Shown piece after piece: positions 22,202 through 35,221 of a stretch of 64,000 nucleotides of DNA; position 1 is the stretch's first letter, and every line of letters starts with the position of its first letter. The position numbers and the translations under genes are program-made. This DNA is from Squalus acanthias (Eukaryota). The DNA is taken from the NCBI GenBank assembly GCA_030390025.1, contig CM059432.1:98892001-98956000 (forward strand), read 5' to 3'. The notes beneath the pieces were generated by a model. The model was given only the letters and a program-made list of their open reading frames with translations, had not been told where the DNA came from and made no database searches.

Positions 22202-24513
22202 ATGGAACGACTCATAGTATTGCTCGTGGCAATCGGATGTGGATTGGCCTATCGGGGCCTCACCAAGGATGTCGTGGTGTTTGGATGTTCCGGGGACACG
22301 GCCCCCATCGCGGTGGATGGGACCGGAAGACGGAAGGCAGAAGGGACCAGCACCTATTTTCACAAGGGAAGGTGGCCAGGATGGCTGGGAACGAACTCAA
22401 CGGAGTATTCCAGCACATCGGGGTTCGCCTACAAAGAGACTTCTTTAATGTGCCCCAAAGTACGGATCATCGCACCCAGGATCAGCGTCACCGTCGGCAA
22501 ACGGATTTGTTTGACTTGCAGTGGGAATGTCCCATTGAGCCGATGGTGGTGGCTGCGAAAGCTGAGCAAAACTATGAGGAACTCTTCGGTTGAGTGGGAG
22601 CGACTGGGTAATAATACCCATCGGACAATTACGGGGACTGATGGACAAGTGAAAGTCTGTTGGGACAAATGGTGGGAACCAGATGAGGGGATTTATGTTT
22701 GTATGTGGGGGTCAAAGTACGTTTGCCCCAAAGGCATCTCCATATTCTTTATTAACCAGTGGCAGGATAACGGACAGGGGATGAGGTGGGATGCGAGCAC
22801 CAGGGGGTGCGGAGCCCCATTCTCCCCGATCCCAGTGAATGCCACTGAGCTCATTACGCGCCCACGCAAAGCCCCGCCCACGATTCCGGTAGTTCTAACT
22901 GAGGAAGAAGGGTGCCCTAAAACTAGTAAGGGACCCGGGAACGGTTTGGTACTGGTCCCCACAGACCAGATACTATTTCAGGGAGTGCATTACGCGGTGG
23001 CCTCGGTGATTTTAAATCTCACTGAGGTACGGTTACCAGAGTGGTGCCCCAAAAAGACGGAACAGTTGTACCAGGTCCTGTTGACCAAGATGTTCAGGCA
23101 GTTTTACGAGTTCGATTTCGCGGAAATTGATAAGACAAGTTTATACACCGCACCGCAGGAAGTTTTGGACCAAGTAGGGAGGCAAAGAAGGGGTTTGGTG
23201 AACGATGCGTTCACTGCTTTTAACACAGGGACATCTGTGGTCAACGCTCTAGACAGTGTGGAGCTGCAGACCCAGATGAGAATAAAGTGGTAGGGTCGGG
23301 TCTGCACGAGGACCAAGCCATGACACTACACTTAAAAGAGATTATAGCAGAGCTGGAGAAACATGCGCGTACGGTAAATGCCCTGATTAGGGAAGATCGG
23401 AATGCATCCGATCAAGCTGCGCAGAACGAGGTGTGCGTGCTTTACGGGGCGTGGTTACTGGGCGAGGGCCGCAGTAATTTGGAGGATTTAAAACAAGGTT
23501 TGGTCCCGTCCTGGATAAGTAACAAACACCTGCGGGCGCTCCACCCTTTTCAGAATGCATTAAGTCCGTGCCAGCTCAGGCTAGCTTCAGAAGCTTACCC
23601 AGTCCCCGTGGACTGCGGACGTTCAAACCATACTATTATGGGAATAGTATTACGCATGCCGGTTTTGGGCAACACAGCAAAGCCCGCCCCGGTGTATCGG
23701 GTAGAGAACATTGGTGTCATTCAGGGGGGAGCCCACATTCGTTATGCAGCGGTTCCACCTTACGTCATCCGCTGGGAGCAAACGATGACAGGTACAGATC
23801 TCTCTGGTTGTCGTGGCAGGGGAGCACACATAATACTGTGCCCCCAGCACTTGAATGCCTTTTTAACACCACAGTGCGGGTTCAGAACGGCTGGCGCCAA
23901 GTCCATGAATTGCACCATGGAGGCAATGGCACAAGATCATGTGCCTCCGCAGGTAGCATACATCGGGGGTGGAACATATTGTGTTACCACTGCAGCGCAA
24001 CACTACCAGCATGGAAACCGTAGCCGGTGTCCGGTGAGTGACAGCAGTTTCTGTTTTAAACCCAGGGCTGAAGTTCAAGTAGCACAACAGCGAATTATCC
24101 CAATCCCTGAACCATCCACTGTTCATCTCACAGTAAAAGAGAATTTCACCGACTTGCAGCGATTTGTCGCACATTTTGGGTACCTCATTCCCCCTCTCCC
24201 CGAGCATTTAACCAAACTTCTGAAAGCCGTCGCGGTGTCACAAAAGCATTTTTATACCTTAGAGCAGAAAACTGTCGAGATAGGTACAGACATTTTGGAC
24301 ATAGTGGTTCCACCGTGGTGGAATCTGTTCACGAATATTGAAGTGCCCTCATGGGTCAGAATAGCCTCCCACATTTTAGTCGTCTGTCAAGTGTTTATTG
24401 TAGTATACCTTTTGTTCATACATTGTAAAAGAGACAAGCGCCTCACCAAGCATGAGAACACGGGAGAGTGGCGAGAACGTTACGTGCGCGTGCACGATGA
24501 GAGCGCAGTGTAA
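22202..24513 (+). pseudogene. env: Env: signal peptide, Ig-like domain and F-type class I fusion protein; one frameshifting deletion at about 23277
   Basis: Hydrophobic N-terminus; Ig pattern; furin site RQRR 23180-23191; heptad repeat; Cys-rich F1-like core; TM ILVVCQVFIVVYLLFI. Split into ORFs 22202-23293 and 23287-24513. Confidence 0.88.
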
Positions 24514-24930
24514 TGGGAAAATGGCGTCACTCCCGCTCGCCACGTGCGCCGCGGAAGTTTGTACTCAGTGTAAATACGTTGGAAACTCGACATGTTTAAG
24601 AGTTGGGATTTGTTTATTTTGGTGATGGTGTTGATTGTTTGGTTTTTTTTGGGTTTTGTTTTTCCTTCCCTTGAATAAAAGATAAATATACAGGTGATGC
24701 GTGAGGTATCGGCCTGGTTACGCCGGGAAGGAAAACAAGTGGTGTAAGTTTAAGGGCAAATGATGCCTACGGTGATATAAAGTGTGATTTGCTTGGGAAA
24801 TAAGGACGACACAGAGACCCTAGTGAAGTTAAAATTTTATGGGATTAATTTACTGGATTCGGAGTGAAATCGAGATAAGATTGCTCACCACTGAGTTTTT
24901 GATACGATAAGCGGAGTTATTCGCATCAAC

Positions 24931-24939
24931 AGGAGGGAC
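24931..24939 (+). promoter_or_regulatory. Polypurine tract of provirus A
   Basis: AGGAGGGAC abuts the 3' LTR; identical to 54028-54036 in B. Confidence 0.8.
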
Positions 24940-26470
24940 TGTAGAATTCGCAATTATCGCGATTTCATTTTATTAAGGAGAAAACACAAGTTTCATTCAA
25001 AACAGCTTTTATTTCAGCGGAATGCTGTCAGGTTTAAATTGGACACAAGCAGCCTGTAAAATGGCCGCCGCACCGCGTGACAGAACATTCGAGACTTTTC
25101 GGCAGGCAGACAAGATGGCGTTCCAATAAACATTCTTGCAAGATCGATAACGATTCAGCACAGTGAAGACATTACACAGGACATTATGGGTTTACAGTAT
25201 AAACATCGATACTGGGATCGGTCTCCCAGGTACAAAGGAAAGCCATCAAGGGCCCATCCAAAGGACATTAATATGTAAACTCCCAACGGCTCTACGATGA
25301 GAGAGCCGTTAGCAGGTAGTTATACAGGACACTTGGAAGCCCCAAACCCCTCCAGGGGGAACACCGACCGATTTAACAATGGGAGAAGTATTAGCAGGTA
25401 CTCAAACATTCAGGAGTAGCCCCGAAACCCATTAAGGACAGAGATCACCCATACAGGACATTTTTGGGCGCCAAACCGTAAACAAAAGAATGGACATTGT
25501 AGTTGGGCGGGAAACGGAAGAACTGTGCACTATAATTGCAGGCCCAAACCGTCCATTCGCTCTCTTGCTCTTGCTCTTGACTCTTGCCGCTTGCTGCTGT
25601 TATCATCGTGGCTGCTCCTGTGTTTTATCCGGTCGATTCGTAACCTCGTGGCTGCTCCTGTGTAAAAGACTGTTGCAAGGACCTATGTTGGTAGCTGGCA
25701 GCGGAACCAAAGGCCCGAGATGAGATGAGATGAGATGAGAGGAGAAGAGAAGAAGACCTTATCCATCGCCACGGTCAGTAAATCCCGACCGCGCCTGTAG
25801 GTCGATCAGCCAAGTCTTCTTGACAACGGTGCTCCACCATACCTTGTATCCAACCAACAGAGGTCTTCACTACAGCGGACGGTCCAGCCGACTGACCGAA
25901 CAGCAAAAGCAGTAAACAAGTGGGACCAGGAGATCTCCTGACCAACACGTGGGTGCTGCGGTGAAAAACATCCGATCAGCTATTCGGGATTTCTCCGAGT
26001 TATTACGAGTGGTGAGCATGAGTCTCGGGATCCTACGAAGCTAGTTTTAGGATAGTTATTGATAGGGGAGGGTTTAAAGATTAAGGATATTTGTAATGTG
26101 TGCCCTATTTACGTTGTGCTGGTCGTTCCTCGTTTCCCTAAGAGTGATTATAACTGTTTGTAAGATTGTACTGTCATTAATCTGTGCATATGACATGTAT
26201 TTCATAATTTTAAGTATCATGCAATAAAGATTTTCCATTTCGTACCGTTCAAACCAAGTCTACATGAGTTTTATCTCCATTGCTGCTCTCGCATCTAAGT
26301 CCAGTGTCTAGAACCGTAAGGGAGAGTGATTCGAACCACTCACAGGGGTGTCTAGTGTTCCCAGACTGGCTGGAGACCAGGCCTAGACCCGCACTGACAT
26401 ACAGGCTGCACAGAGCCGCGTGAATCTCACAGGCTACGAGACACGCAGGGTCAGGAGAGTATCCCTTACA
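24940..26470 (+). repeat. 3' LTR of provirus A (1531 bp)
   Basis: Direct repeat of 17372-18902 at offset 7568; no differences seen by eye. Confidence 0.97.
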
Positions 26471-27900
26471 GAGGTGACAGTGCAGGATCGGGAAGAGAAG
26501 CCATTACAGGTGATTCTATGGTTATGGCTGGAAAGATAGGAATGAAACCAGGCAAGCGCAGTCCCATCCAGCTGGACAACAGTGGAGAGGCATTGGAGCA
26601 GAATTTTGTGGTCAACCGTGTCAAAGGCTGCAGACAGGTCCGGAAGGACTAGAAGGGTAAGCTTATCTTGGTCGCAGTCAATTAGGATGTCATTTGTGAC
26701 CTTGGTAAGAGCAGTTTTGGTACTGTGGTGGGGGCGGAAGCCTGATTGGAGGGATTCAAACAAGGAGTTCTGAGACAGATGGGCACGGATTTGGAGGCAA
26801 CAAAGCATTCAAGAACTTTGGAGAGGAAAGGGAGGTTGGATATAGGACAATAGTTTGCAAGGACAGAGAGGGTCAAGGGTTGTTTTTTTGAGGAGAGGGG
26901 TGATGATGGCAGATTTGAAGGAAAGGGGGACAATACCTGAGGAGAGAGAACCATTAACAATAACATGGGAGCCAGGAAGGGAAGTTGGGTGGTCAGCAAT
27001 TTAGTAGGAATAGGGTCGAGAGAGGAGGTCGGTCTCATTGACAAGATGAGCTTTGAAAGGTCAAGAGGGGAGATAAGAGATAAATTAGAGAAATGTGCAG
27101 ATTTAGGGTTAGGGCGGGGGGGAAATGGAAAGGATGTAAGGTCTGGTAGGCTAGGGAGAGGGAGGGAGTAGCAGAGGCAGTTGAACAGATGTTGTCGATC
27201 TTTTTAACAAAGAAGTCCATGAGCTCCTCATATTATAGTTGGAGGTGAGGGAGGAGGAGGCAGGGGAGGGTGGTTTGAGAAGATGGTTAGTGGTGGAGAA
27301 GAGAAGCCTGGTGTTATTTTTGCTGTCCAGGATGATCTTAGAATAGTGAGCGGTTTTAGTGATGGAGAGCAGGACCCGGTAGTGCTTTATATTATCTAGC
27401 CAAATCTGGTAATTGATGATTAGACCAGTTGTCCGTCAAAGACATTCAAGTCTGCGTCCCTTGCATTTAAGGGAGTGGAGATGAGGGGTATACCGGGGGG
27501 AATGACTAGGGTGAGAGAGTGCAATGATTTTAGTGGGGACAAAGGCATCAAAGGTGGTGGAGAGGGTGTGATTTACTAAGAAAGTAGCTGCAGAAATGTC
27601 ATGCAGAATTGTAGGCCAAAGGCTAGATAGTTACGAATTCGAAAGTGAAGTGGTAAGGGACTTGAGGGAGAGTTTTTTCCAGGGGTAGATACGAAAAGAA
27701 GTGGGGTTAGGAGGGGGAAGTGGAATATGTGTAGAGAGTGATAGAAAGAAATGGTCAGAGACTGTCTTATCAGTGATGGTTACGGAGGGGATAGCGAGGC
27801 CACGTGAGATGATAAGATCAAGGGGTGGCTGTGTATATGGGTGGGGAAGTTTACATTAAGGGAGAGATTAATGGAGGAAATGAGGGCAGTGAATCTGAGG
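26471..27900 (-). mobile_element. L2 LINE 5' part (continuation of 16310-17371)
   Basis: [10 protein letters not shown]...[11 protein letters not shown]...SCTVTS joins GVPQGS across the provirus. Confidence 0.9.
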
Positions 27901-28594
27901 GCAATTAGGAATTGTCAAGTAAATCAACCCCCTGATGTGGGGAAGCATAGCGTGTTCATTATTTTGTATTATCATGTGGAGACAAGTTGTACTGACTGAG
28001 TTAAGTGAATTTGATCATAACTTTTACTGTGTAGGCTCACTTGCTATTAAATAAAGCAACTTAATAATCTGGCTTTTTCTTGCTAAATCTTTTTTCAGAC
28101 TGCCTTTGAAAGGTATGGAAAGGCACTGGGGGACAATTGTTAAATGCATGACTATCTGATTCAGATTACAAGGGTTACGCTATGCTCTTGGGTTACATTA
28201 TTGTGTGGTTGGATATTGGGCAGTATGGTATACCCCATAAGATGCCCAGACTGATTACGGAGTGACTAACAACGCTGTACCTGAGAGAATATCTAAGGCA
28301 AGATCCTAAACTTGTAACAGAGAGTCTTAAAAGAGACTATAGATGTGCTGCCAGAAATTCTAGGCTCACCTTATGAGCCAGCAAGAGGAGGTAAAGAGCC
28401 AGATTCATTCCAGGAGCCATTCAGTGACATTTATCAGCCAGCTATCTCACTTCCTTCCTCCACTAGGATAGTAGTTCAAAGAAGCACTAGATTACAGCTC
28501 TTTCAAAGAGCTAACACAGGCACAGCAGGCTGAATGGCCCCCTTCTATGCTGTAATATTCTACGATTCTACGATAGTCACCATTCATAGTCATA

Positions 28595-29200
28595 AAGGGG
28601 AATCACCGGGAGAAAAAGCCAGATTTTTCGATGGTACGGGTACCATTTTGTGCCAAAAATGGCGGTCGCACCACACGCGCACACATCTGATACGTGCCGC
28701 ACCAGACGCTATCTTTGTGATGGCGACAGGGTAGGTGTTAGGAGTGCGGGCCGGAAGTATGCAGAGTGCGCAGATCGTGACGTCAATCAGCGTGCAATGC
28801 TGATTTGATACCAACCCTGCAATTTTCATCATCAATGCTGGAGCTAACGCCTTGTCTAACCTCACACAGCTGAACATGCGTTCAGCAGCAGCAAGGACCC
28901 CCACCAACGATATTTAAAGGGATCACCAACCACCCTCAGGTTAGTTGCTGATTAATTTCTACTAGCTATGTATAAGTTTGTAGAAGTCTTTGGTGCTTTC
29001 CAGAGTTGTTTAAAGTTGGTGAGGTGACAGGGATGGTGCTGCAAGTGGAGAAGACCTTGGTTCTAACGTCAAGGGTTCTGGTCAGATCATTTTCTCTCAG
29101 TCATTGGTGTTCCAGTTGTCATTCCCCTTGGCCTGCAGCATGACAGGGAGATGGAGCAGAGGCAGCAAAGAGGACAAGCTGCTCGCAGAAGGAGGGGGAT
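28595..29200 (+). mobile_element. Probable Harbinger-related terminal fragment
   Basis: CpG-rich subterminal-like sequence with TGACGTCA and TTTAAAGG, then a region resembling the start of Harbinger transposase genes; no TIR pair confirmed. Confidence 0.4.
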
Positions 29201-31830
29201 ATATATTACTCCCAACCCCATAAGCCCTTAACTTGCATAACAACCTTTTATGTGGCAACTTATCGAATACCTTTTGGAAATCCAAATATACTACATCCAC
29301 TGGTTCCCCTTTATCTACCTTATTAGTTACATTCTCAAAAAACTCTGTAATAAATTTGTCAAACACATTTTCATTTTCATAAAACCATGTTGACTCTGCC
29401 TAATCATATTATGATTTTCTAAGTGCCCTGTTACCACTTCCTTAATAATGGATTCCAGCATTTTCCCGACAACTGATGTCAGGCTAACTGGCCTGTAATT
29501 CCCTATTTTCTCTCTCCCTCCTTTCTTGAATAGCACGGTTACATTTGCTAACTTCCAATCTGCTGGGACTGCTCTAGAAGCTAGGGAATTTTGGAGGATC
29601 ACAACCAATGCATCCACTATCACTGCAGTCATCTCTTTTAGAACCTTCAGATGTAGGTCATCAGGTTCAGGAGATTTATTGGCTTTTAGTCCCATTAGTT
29701 TCTCAAGTACTTTTTCTCTACTGATATTAATTACTTTAAGTCTCTGCCATTTCCCTAGTCCCCATTATAATGTCACCTGTCTCAGCCTCTAAGGGACCAA
29801 TGCTTACTTTTGCTACTCTCTTCCTTTTTATATACATGTAGAAGCTCTGACAATCTGTTTTTATATTTTTGCTAGTTTACTCTCATTCTATTTTTTCCCT
29901 TTTTGTCAATTTTTTGATCATCTTTGCTTGTTTCTAAAGCTCTATCAATCCTCAGGCTTACTACTATTCTTCGCAACAGTATAAGCTTCTTCTTTCAATA
30001 TAATACTATCCTTAACTTCTTTAGTTAGCCATAGATGGATCACTCTTCCCATGGAGTTTTTATTTCTCAATGGAATGTATATTCGTTGAGAATTTTGGAA
30101 TATTTCTTTAAATATTTGCCACTGCTTATCTACCAGCATACCTTTGAATCTAATTTCCCAATCTATCTTTGCCAACTTGCGCCTTGTACCTATGTAATTG
30201 GCTTCATTTAAGTTTAAGTTCTCATTTCTGACTGAAGTATTTCACTCTCAAAGTCAATGTGAAATTTTATCATATTGGCCCGGATTTTGCGACCCCTATG
30301 GGTGCGTACGAGGTGTGTACGCACCATAGGGGCCGCACAAGTGCTGGGTTTAGGCATGCGAAGCGCATTCGCTAAAACCCGGCACTTGCGATCTGTCAAG
30401 AATCCTCTTGACAGATTGCACGTATGCCTGGGAGATGGGCCTCTGCAGGCAGGGAGTTCCGCTTTCTGCACAACTTCCGCCCTCTGAAAGCCTTTAAAAA
30501 TCTTACGCCTGGTAAAAGCAGGCATAAGGCCTGCTTTGACCAGCAAAAGAGTTGAAAAAAATTTTAAATAAAATTTTTTCACTCATTTATAATTTTTAAA
30601 TACTTTTTAAAAAGGTAAGTTTATTTTTAGCCCCGTAAAAAAACTTTAATTACTTTTTCAAAAAATTAAATTTTTGTTTAAAATATTTAATTTAATGTCA
30701 TTTTAATTAATTTTAAATGTGATTTAAAAAATATATATATTTCATGTTTAATTGTTTTTTAAGTGATCCCCGTTCATACTTTTGACAGATCTGTGCGTAG
30801 AGAACTGTCAAAAGTGTGAAGAGGGATTCCCTTCTTTGATTGGTTCCCCTTGGCCCACGTTATCCCGGGGCACTTGCAAACCGCATGCACCCCGAGGAGA
30901 CCTGGGTCTCTACGCATTTTGTGGAGCAGAGGCCCAGGATCGGAAGTCTCGGGACCTATGGAGCCAACAGGTAAGTACGTAGATTTTTCCCGATTGGAGG
31001 CATCCGCCTGCAGGAAGCCTCCGATCGGAAATTCAGGCCCATTATGATCACTCTTCCCCAGACGATCCTTTACTATGAGATTACTAATTAACCCTGTCTC
31101 ATTACACAATACAAGATCTAAAATAGCCTGTTTCCTGGTTGGTTCTAGGAAACTGTCTCAAATGCATTCCATGAACTCATCCTCCAGACTACCTATGTCA
31201 ATTTGCCCAGTCTATATGAAGATTAAAGTAATAATGATTATTATATTGCCTTTGTTAAAAGCTCCTATTATTTGTTGATTAATACTCTGTCCAACTGTAT
31301 AGCTACTGTTTGGGGGCCTATAAACTACTCCCACCAATGTTTTCTGCCCCTTGTTATTTCTTATCTCCACCCATACTGATTTTACTTCCTGATCTTCTGA
31401 GCCAAGTTCCTTTCTCACTCCTGTCTTTATGAGATTCTTTATTATCAGAGCTACCCCCTCCTTTTCCATTCTGCCTGTATATTCGAAATGTAAAGTACCC
31501 TGGAATATTCAGTTCCCAACCTTGGTCACATTGCAACCATGTCTCTGTAATGGCTAGTAAATCAAAGCCATTTATCTCTATTTGTGCCACTAATTCATCT
31601 ATCTTTTTATGAATGCTTCATGCATTCAGACAAAGAGCCTTTAATTTTAACATTTTACCATTACTCCCTGCTTCCACCTTATTTGCTGATGCACTATTAC
31701 CGTTAAACTCTCTGTCCCTTCCTGTCACACTCTGCTTATCTTTGCCTAAATCGCTACACTGCTCCATTGTTTTGACATTTCTCTTTAGATTCCTAAATTT
31801 CCGCTCACCTAACCCCTCCCCCTACCTTTT
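29200..31830 (-). mobile_element. CR1 LINE (APE plus RT N-terminal half), interrupted by a MITE
   Basis: LLAITETWL, VGVVYRPP, GNYRPVSLTSVVGK, VYLDFQKVFDKLPH. Confidence 0.88.
30277..31040. mobile_element. Harbinger-type MITE (764 bp)
   Basis: Imperfect TIRs GGCCCGGATTTTGCGA / TCGGAAATTCAGGCCC, 3-bp TSD ATT, AT-rich centre; removing it restores the CR1 sequence. Confidence 0.8.
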
Positions 31831-32039
31831 TAGCTTAATGGACAGAAAACAGAGCGTAGGTATAAACAGGTCACTTTCGGGTTGGCAGGGTGTAACTAGT
31901 GGGGTGCCTCAAGGATCAGTGCTTGGGCCTCAGCTATTTACAATCTATATTAATGACTTCGATGAAGGGACCAAGCAATGTATCCAACTTTGCTGATGAT
32001 ACTAAGCTAGATGGGAAAGTAAGCTGTAAGGAGGACACG

Positions 32040-35000
32040 GGGCTCGATTTTAATTCCCGAGGCGGGTTAGAGTCGGGTTGGTGGTGGGCGGGTTCGGGAG
32101 TCGCTTCCAGCGGGATCAGCTGCAGATGTGCAATTTTTATTCAACGAGCTTGTTAATTTCAAGGAGGCGCGCTGGCCGGTCCAATGAGTCGGTCCGGTCG
32201 GCTGGCCACCTCTGATGACGTCATAATAGCAGCTGCTTTTAAAGCTGCCATTCAGCCTAAGCCTTTCTATTGTGGTTTCCTGCACTTGATTTAAACGCTA
32301 TGACGTCTTCCAGAGGCAAGGCCTCCAAGTTTTTGTGGATGCTGTCAGAGGGCGCAGGGAGATTCTCTTCCCTTCTGATGGCCAGAGGAAGCCTTCTCAG
32401 CAGACCAAGGCAGCCTGGCTGTGCATTGCTCAGGAGGTGAGCGCAAGGTCCATTTATGCACGGTCATGGATCCAGTGCCGAACATCAAAAGTGAGTACCC
32501 CATCTCACTTGCCTTCACTCTGCTTCCCTTCTCTTTTCATCACTAGCACTCTGCGTTGTAAGCCTCCTCCTTCACATCCCATCTTAACCTTACTTCCCTT
32601 GCACTCTTACCTATCCATCTCTGTCTCTGCACTGAATCACTTCAGCATCCTGCCTATGCACCCCTTAGACTCGCTCTCACTCTCATGCAGTGACAACAAC
32701 TAATAACGTACAGGGCACCTTACTCCTCTTGGCACCTTACCCCATCTTCGTCTCCCTCAAAGCTTCTATAGTAGGGATTATTCACACTCACACCATCACT
32801 GTGGCTGAAATACCACTTGTATCCCTCCTCGCAGGAAAAGATAACTCACAATAAGAGGGAGAGAGCAATGACTGGAGGAGGAACACCTACACGAGCAACT
32901 TTGACCAGTGCTGAGGAGGCAGCAAACAAGATTGTTGGAGGTGGCGAGGACCTTGAAGTGGGTGATGGAGAGACGGGCACACTAGAGGAAGCTGGTGACA
33001 TAATAGGGTTTCATCCCTCTCAGAAAGCAATGACATATGATGTTCATAGAGAATCGCATTGTATCATCTGTTCAAAAGGATGTGTCTGCTACATCAATAT
33101 CAGATGTCTAGATCATGCCTTTACTCTCACACAGGACCATCGAGCGCCCCCCTCCCCACGATCTAGGATGAAGACCCGGACATCTCCTCAGAGGAACCTG
33201 AAGCCTCTGAGGGAGCAGCGTCACCAGGACTCAGCGCACCCAGCACCAGCGCAGCCGAGGCAACCTCGGTGGGGCCACCGCGAGTTAGAGTAATGTTGGC
33301 ACCTGGTCTATCACAGCGCACAAGTGAGCATCAGCAGATGGTGGAGAGAGTGACAGCAGTGGAGAGTCCTTGGCGGAGGTCGCAGCAATCTCCTAGCTCT
33401 GCTGAGCTGCATGCAGATGCTGTGCCTCAGGGGCCACCCAGAAAAAGAGCGGTTTGTGAAATACAGGAACAAGTGCAGGTGTCTCTGGAAGGGTTTGCCT
33501 CCAGGGTTAGTGTGAGTGTGGAGAGAATGGAGGAGTCCATCTGTAACATCAGCACTGCCGTGGTGGAGGCAATGGTGCTTCAACGCACCACCATGGATAG
33601 GATGGCAACCTCCGTGGAAAGGATGGCTACCTCAGTGGAAAAGATGGCTACGGCCATGGAGGAAATAAGACGCCAGAGTCAGGAAAACATGGTGACTGTT
33701 CAGAATAGAATGACATCTCTGGAGGAGCGATGGGCAGCTATTGAGCAGAGAGACCGAAGCTTCATGGATGTCCTTGTGATGAGGACTGCCAGTGCAGATA
33801 CGGGTCCTCATGGCCCCCCTGAAGTGCAGCAAGGTGTTCTACAGCCACTTGCCAGCACTGAGGTGCAGCTGACCCATGAGAGGGATGTTGTTGGCAGGAC
33901 ACAAGGAAGTGTGGGCTCCTCTCAAAGCGCTCACACGACCATGCCACTGCGCAGCCCTCGGTCAGAGACCCACTTTGCACAGACAACTGAGATGGCCGTT
34001 TCAGCCCCTGCACAGCTGCAGAAAGAGCAGACTGTTGAAGAGCCCTCCCAGGCTCCCAAACCCAGAGGACGCCTGCCAAAGGCGTCTAAGCTGGCGCAGC
34101 ATCCTCGTCAGCAAGGTGCCTCTACATCTGTTGAAGCCACAGGGGAAGAACCATGTAGAAGCACGCGTAAGATAAAGATTAAGCTCCTAAAGTCACAGGG
34201 GGAGTCACTTGGGTTATGTTTCTTCTTTTTCTGACTGTTGCTGATATATTTTGTCATGTGTTGAAGATAAATTATGTCAAACAGTTGATTGTGTGGCCGA
34301 TGTGTTATGGGAAATGGCAAAAGTACATTGAGGGCTCAGGGCGACTTGCTTTTGGAATGCTGATGGTAAAAGTGATAGGAAGTAACAGGGTATAGCAGAG
34401 ATGAAGTATGACGTTAGACAAGTGCCGCCTGCAATTACAGAACCATATGGTAGCCACCTATGGTTAAAGAGTAAGCTTATGCTAATGTAGCATGGCAGTG
34501 TGCATAGCCTGGTTGACGGGCAGCAGTGAACTGGAGGGATGCTGCCTTGGTCACAACAGGGCATGCAAGGCGCCCCTCATCCTCCTCCTACTCCTCTTCC
34601 CAGGAAGATCTGTGCTGAGCCACGCAGCTGCTACTCCCCCGATTATGAGGACCAGGATGAGAGGGCATAAATGTTTCCCATCCCCTCGCTATAGATTTCA
34701 TTTGAGGCAACAATCTTGCAAGCGCACAGTCGAAGTTGCCTGAAATTATTCCATTCATGTCACACTGCAGATGGGTGTCAGCTGGAACAGTCATAAGGCC
34801 AGTAGATGTGCAAAATGTTATCCCATACCTACAACAGCAAAGTTGTTACATTTGAATGTCAGCCATGTTTCAGGGGTGCTTTTAAAGCGCTCCAGCAATG
34901 CATACAAATCATGCCTTCCAGCAACTCGTCTCCTTGAAGCTGGCCTGTTTCTGACAAGTCGGGAAACAGGAGCCAGAAGCACGAAAATGGGAAACCACTA

Positions 35001-35221
35001 TGAAAATATGATTAGCAAGGCAGTTAACAAGCTGTTAACTGCCTTAACTACCTGTCCCACCGGTTCCAGACAGGTCAGTTTGGGAGCGGCTAAACAGACA
35101 CTCACAAAAATTGGGTGGGGGTGGGATGGAGGCGGGTTGGGTGTCTGAAGCCAATTTTTTCCGATTTTCCCAACAGACCCACCTCCAAACCCGCCGCCTC
35201 TGGGCTATTAAAATCGAACCC
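32040..35221. mobile_element. Non-autonomous Harbinger element (Myb-like gene retained, transposase mostly deleted)
   Basis: TIRs GGGCTCGATTTTAAT / ATTAAAATCGAACCC; no clean TSD seen. Confidence 0.85.
32300..34234 (+). pseudogene. Three-exon Harbinger Myb/SANT-like gene
   Basis: Exons about 32300-32490 (RREILFP...AWLCIAQEVS...RSWIQCR), 32835-32994 and 33135-34234, with GT/AG boundaries; one TAG early in exon 3. Confidence 0.8.

Larger units (their letters stand above)
17372..26470 (+). mobile_element. Provirus A: Pol-less gag/env LTR retroelement (lokiretrovirus-like), 9099 bp
   Basis: Two TG...CA LTRs, TSD GAGG (17368-17371 and 26471-26474), PBS, PPT, gag, readthrough ORF and env; no RT or IN motifs. 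Confidence 0.95.
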
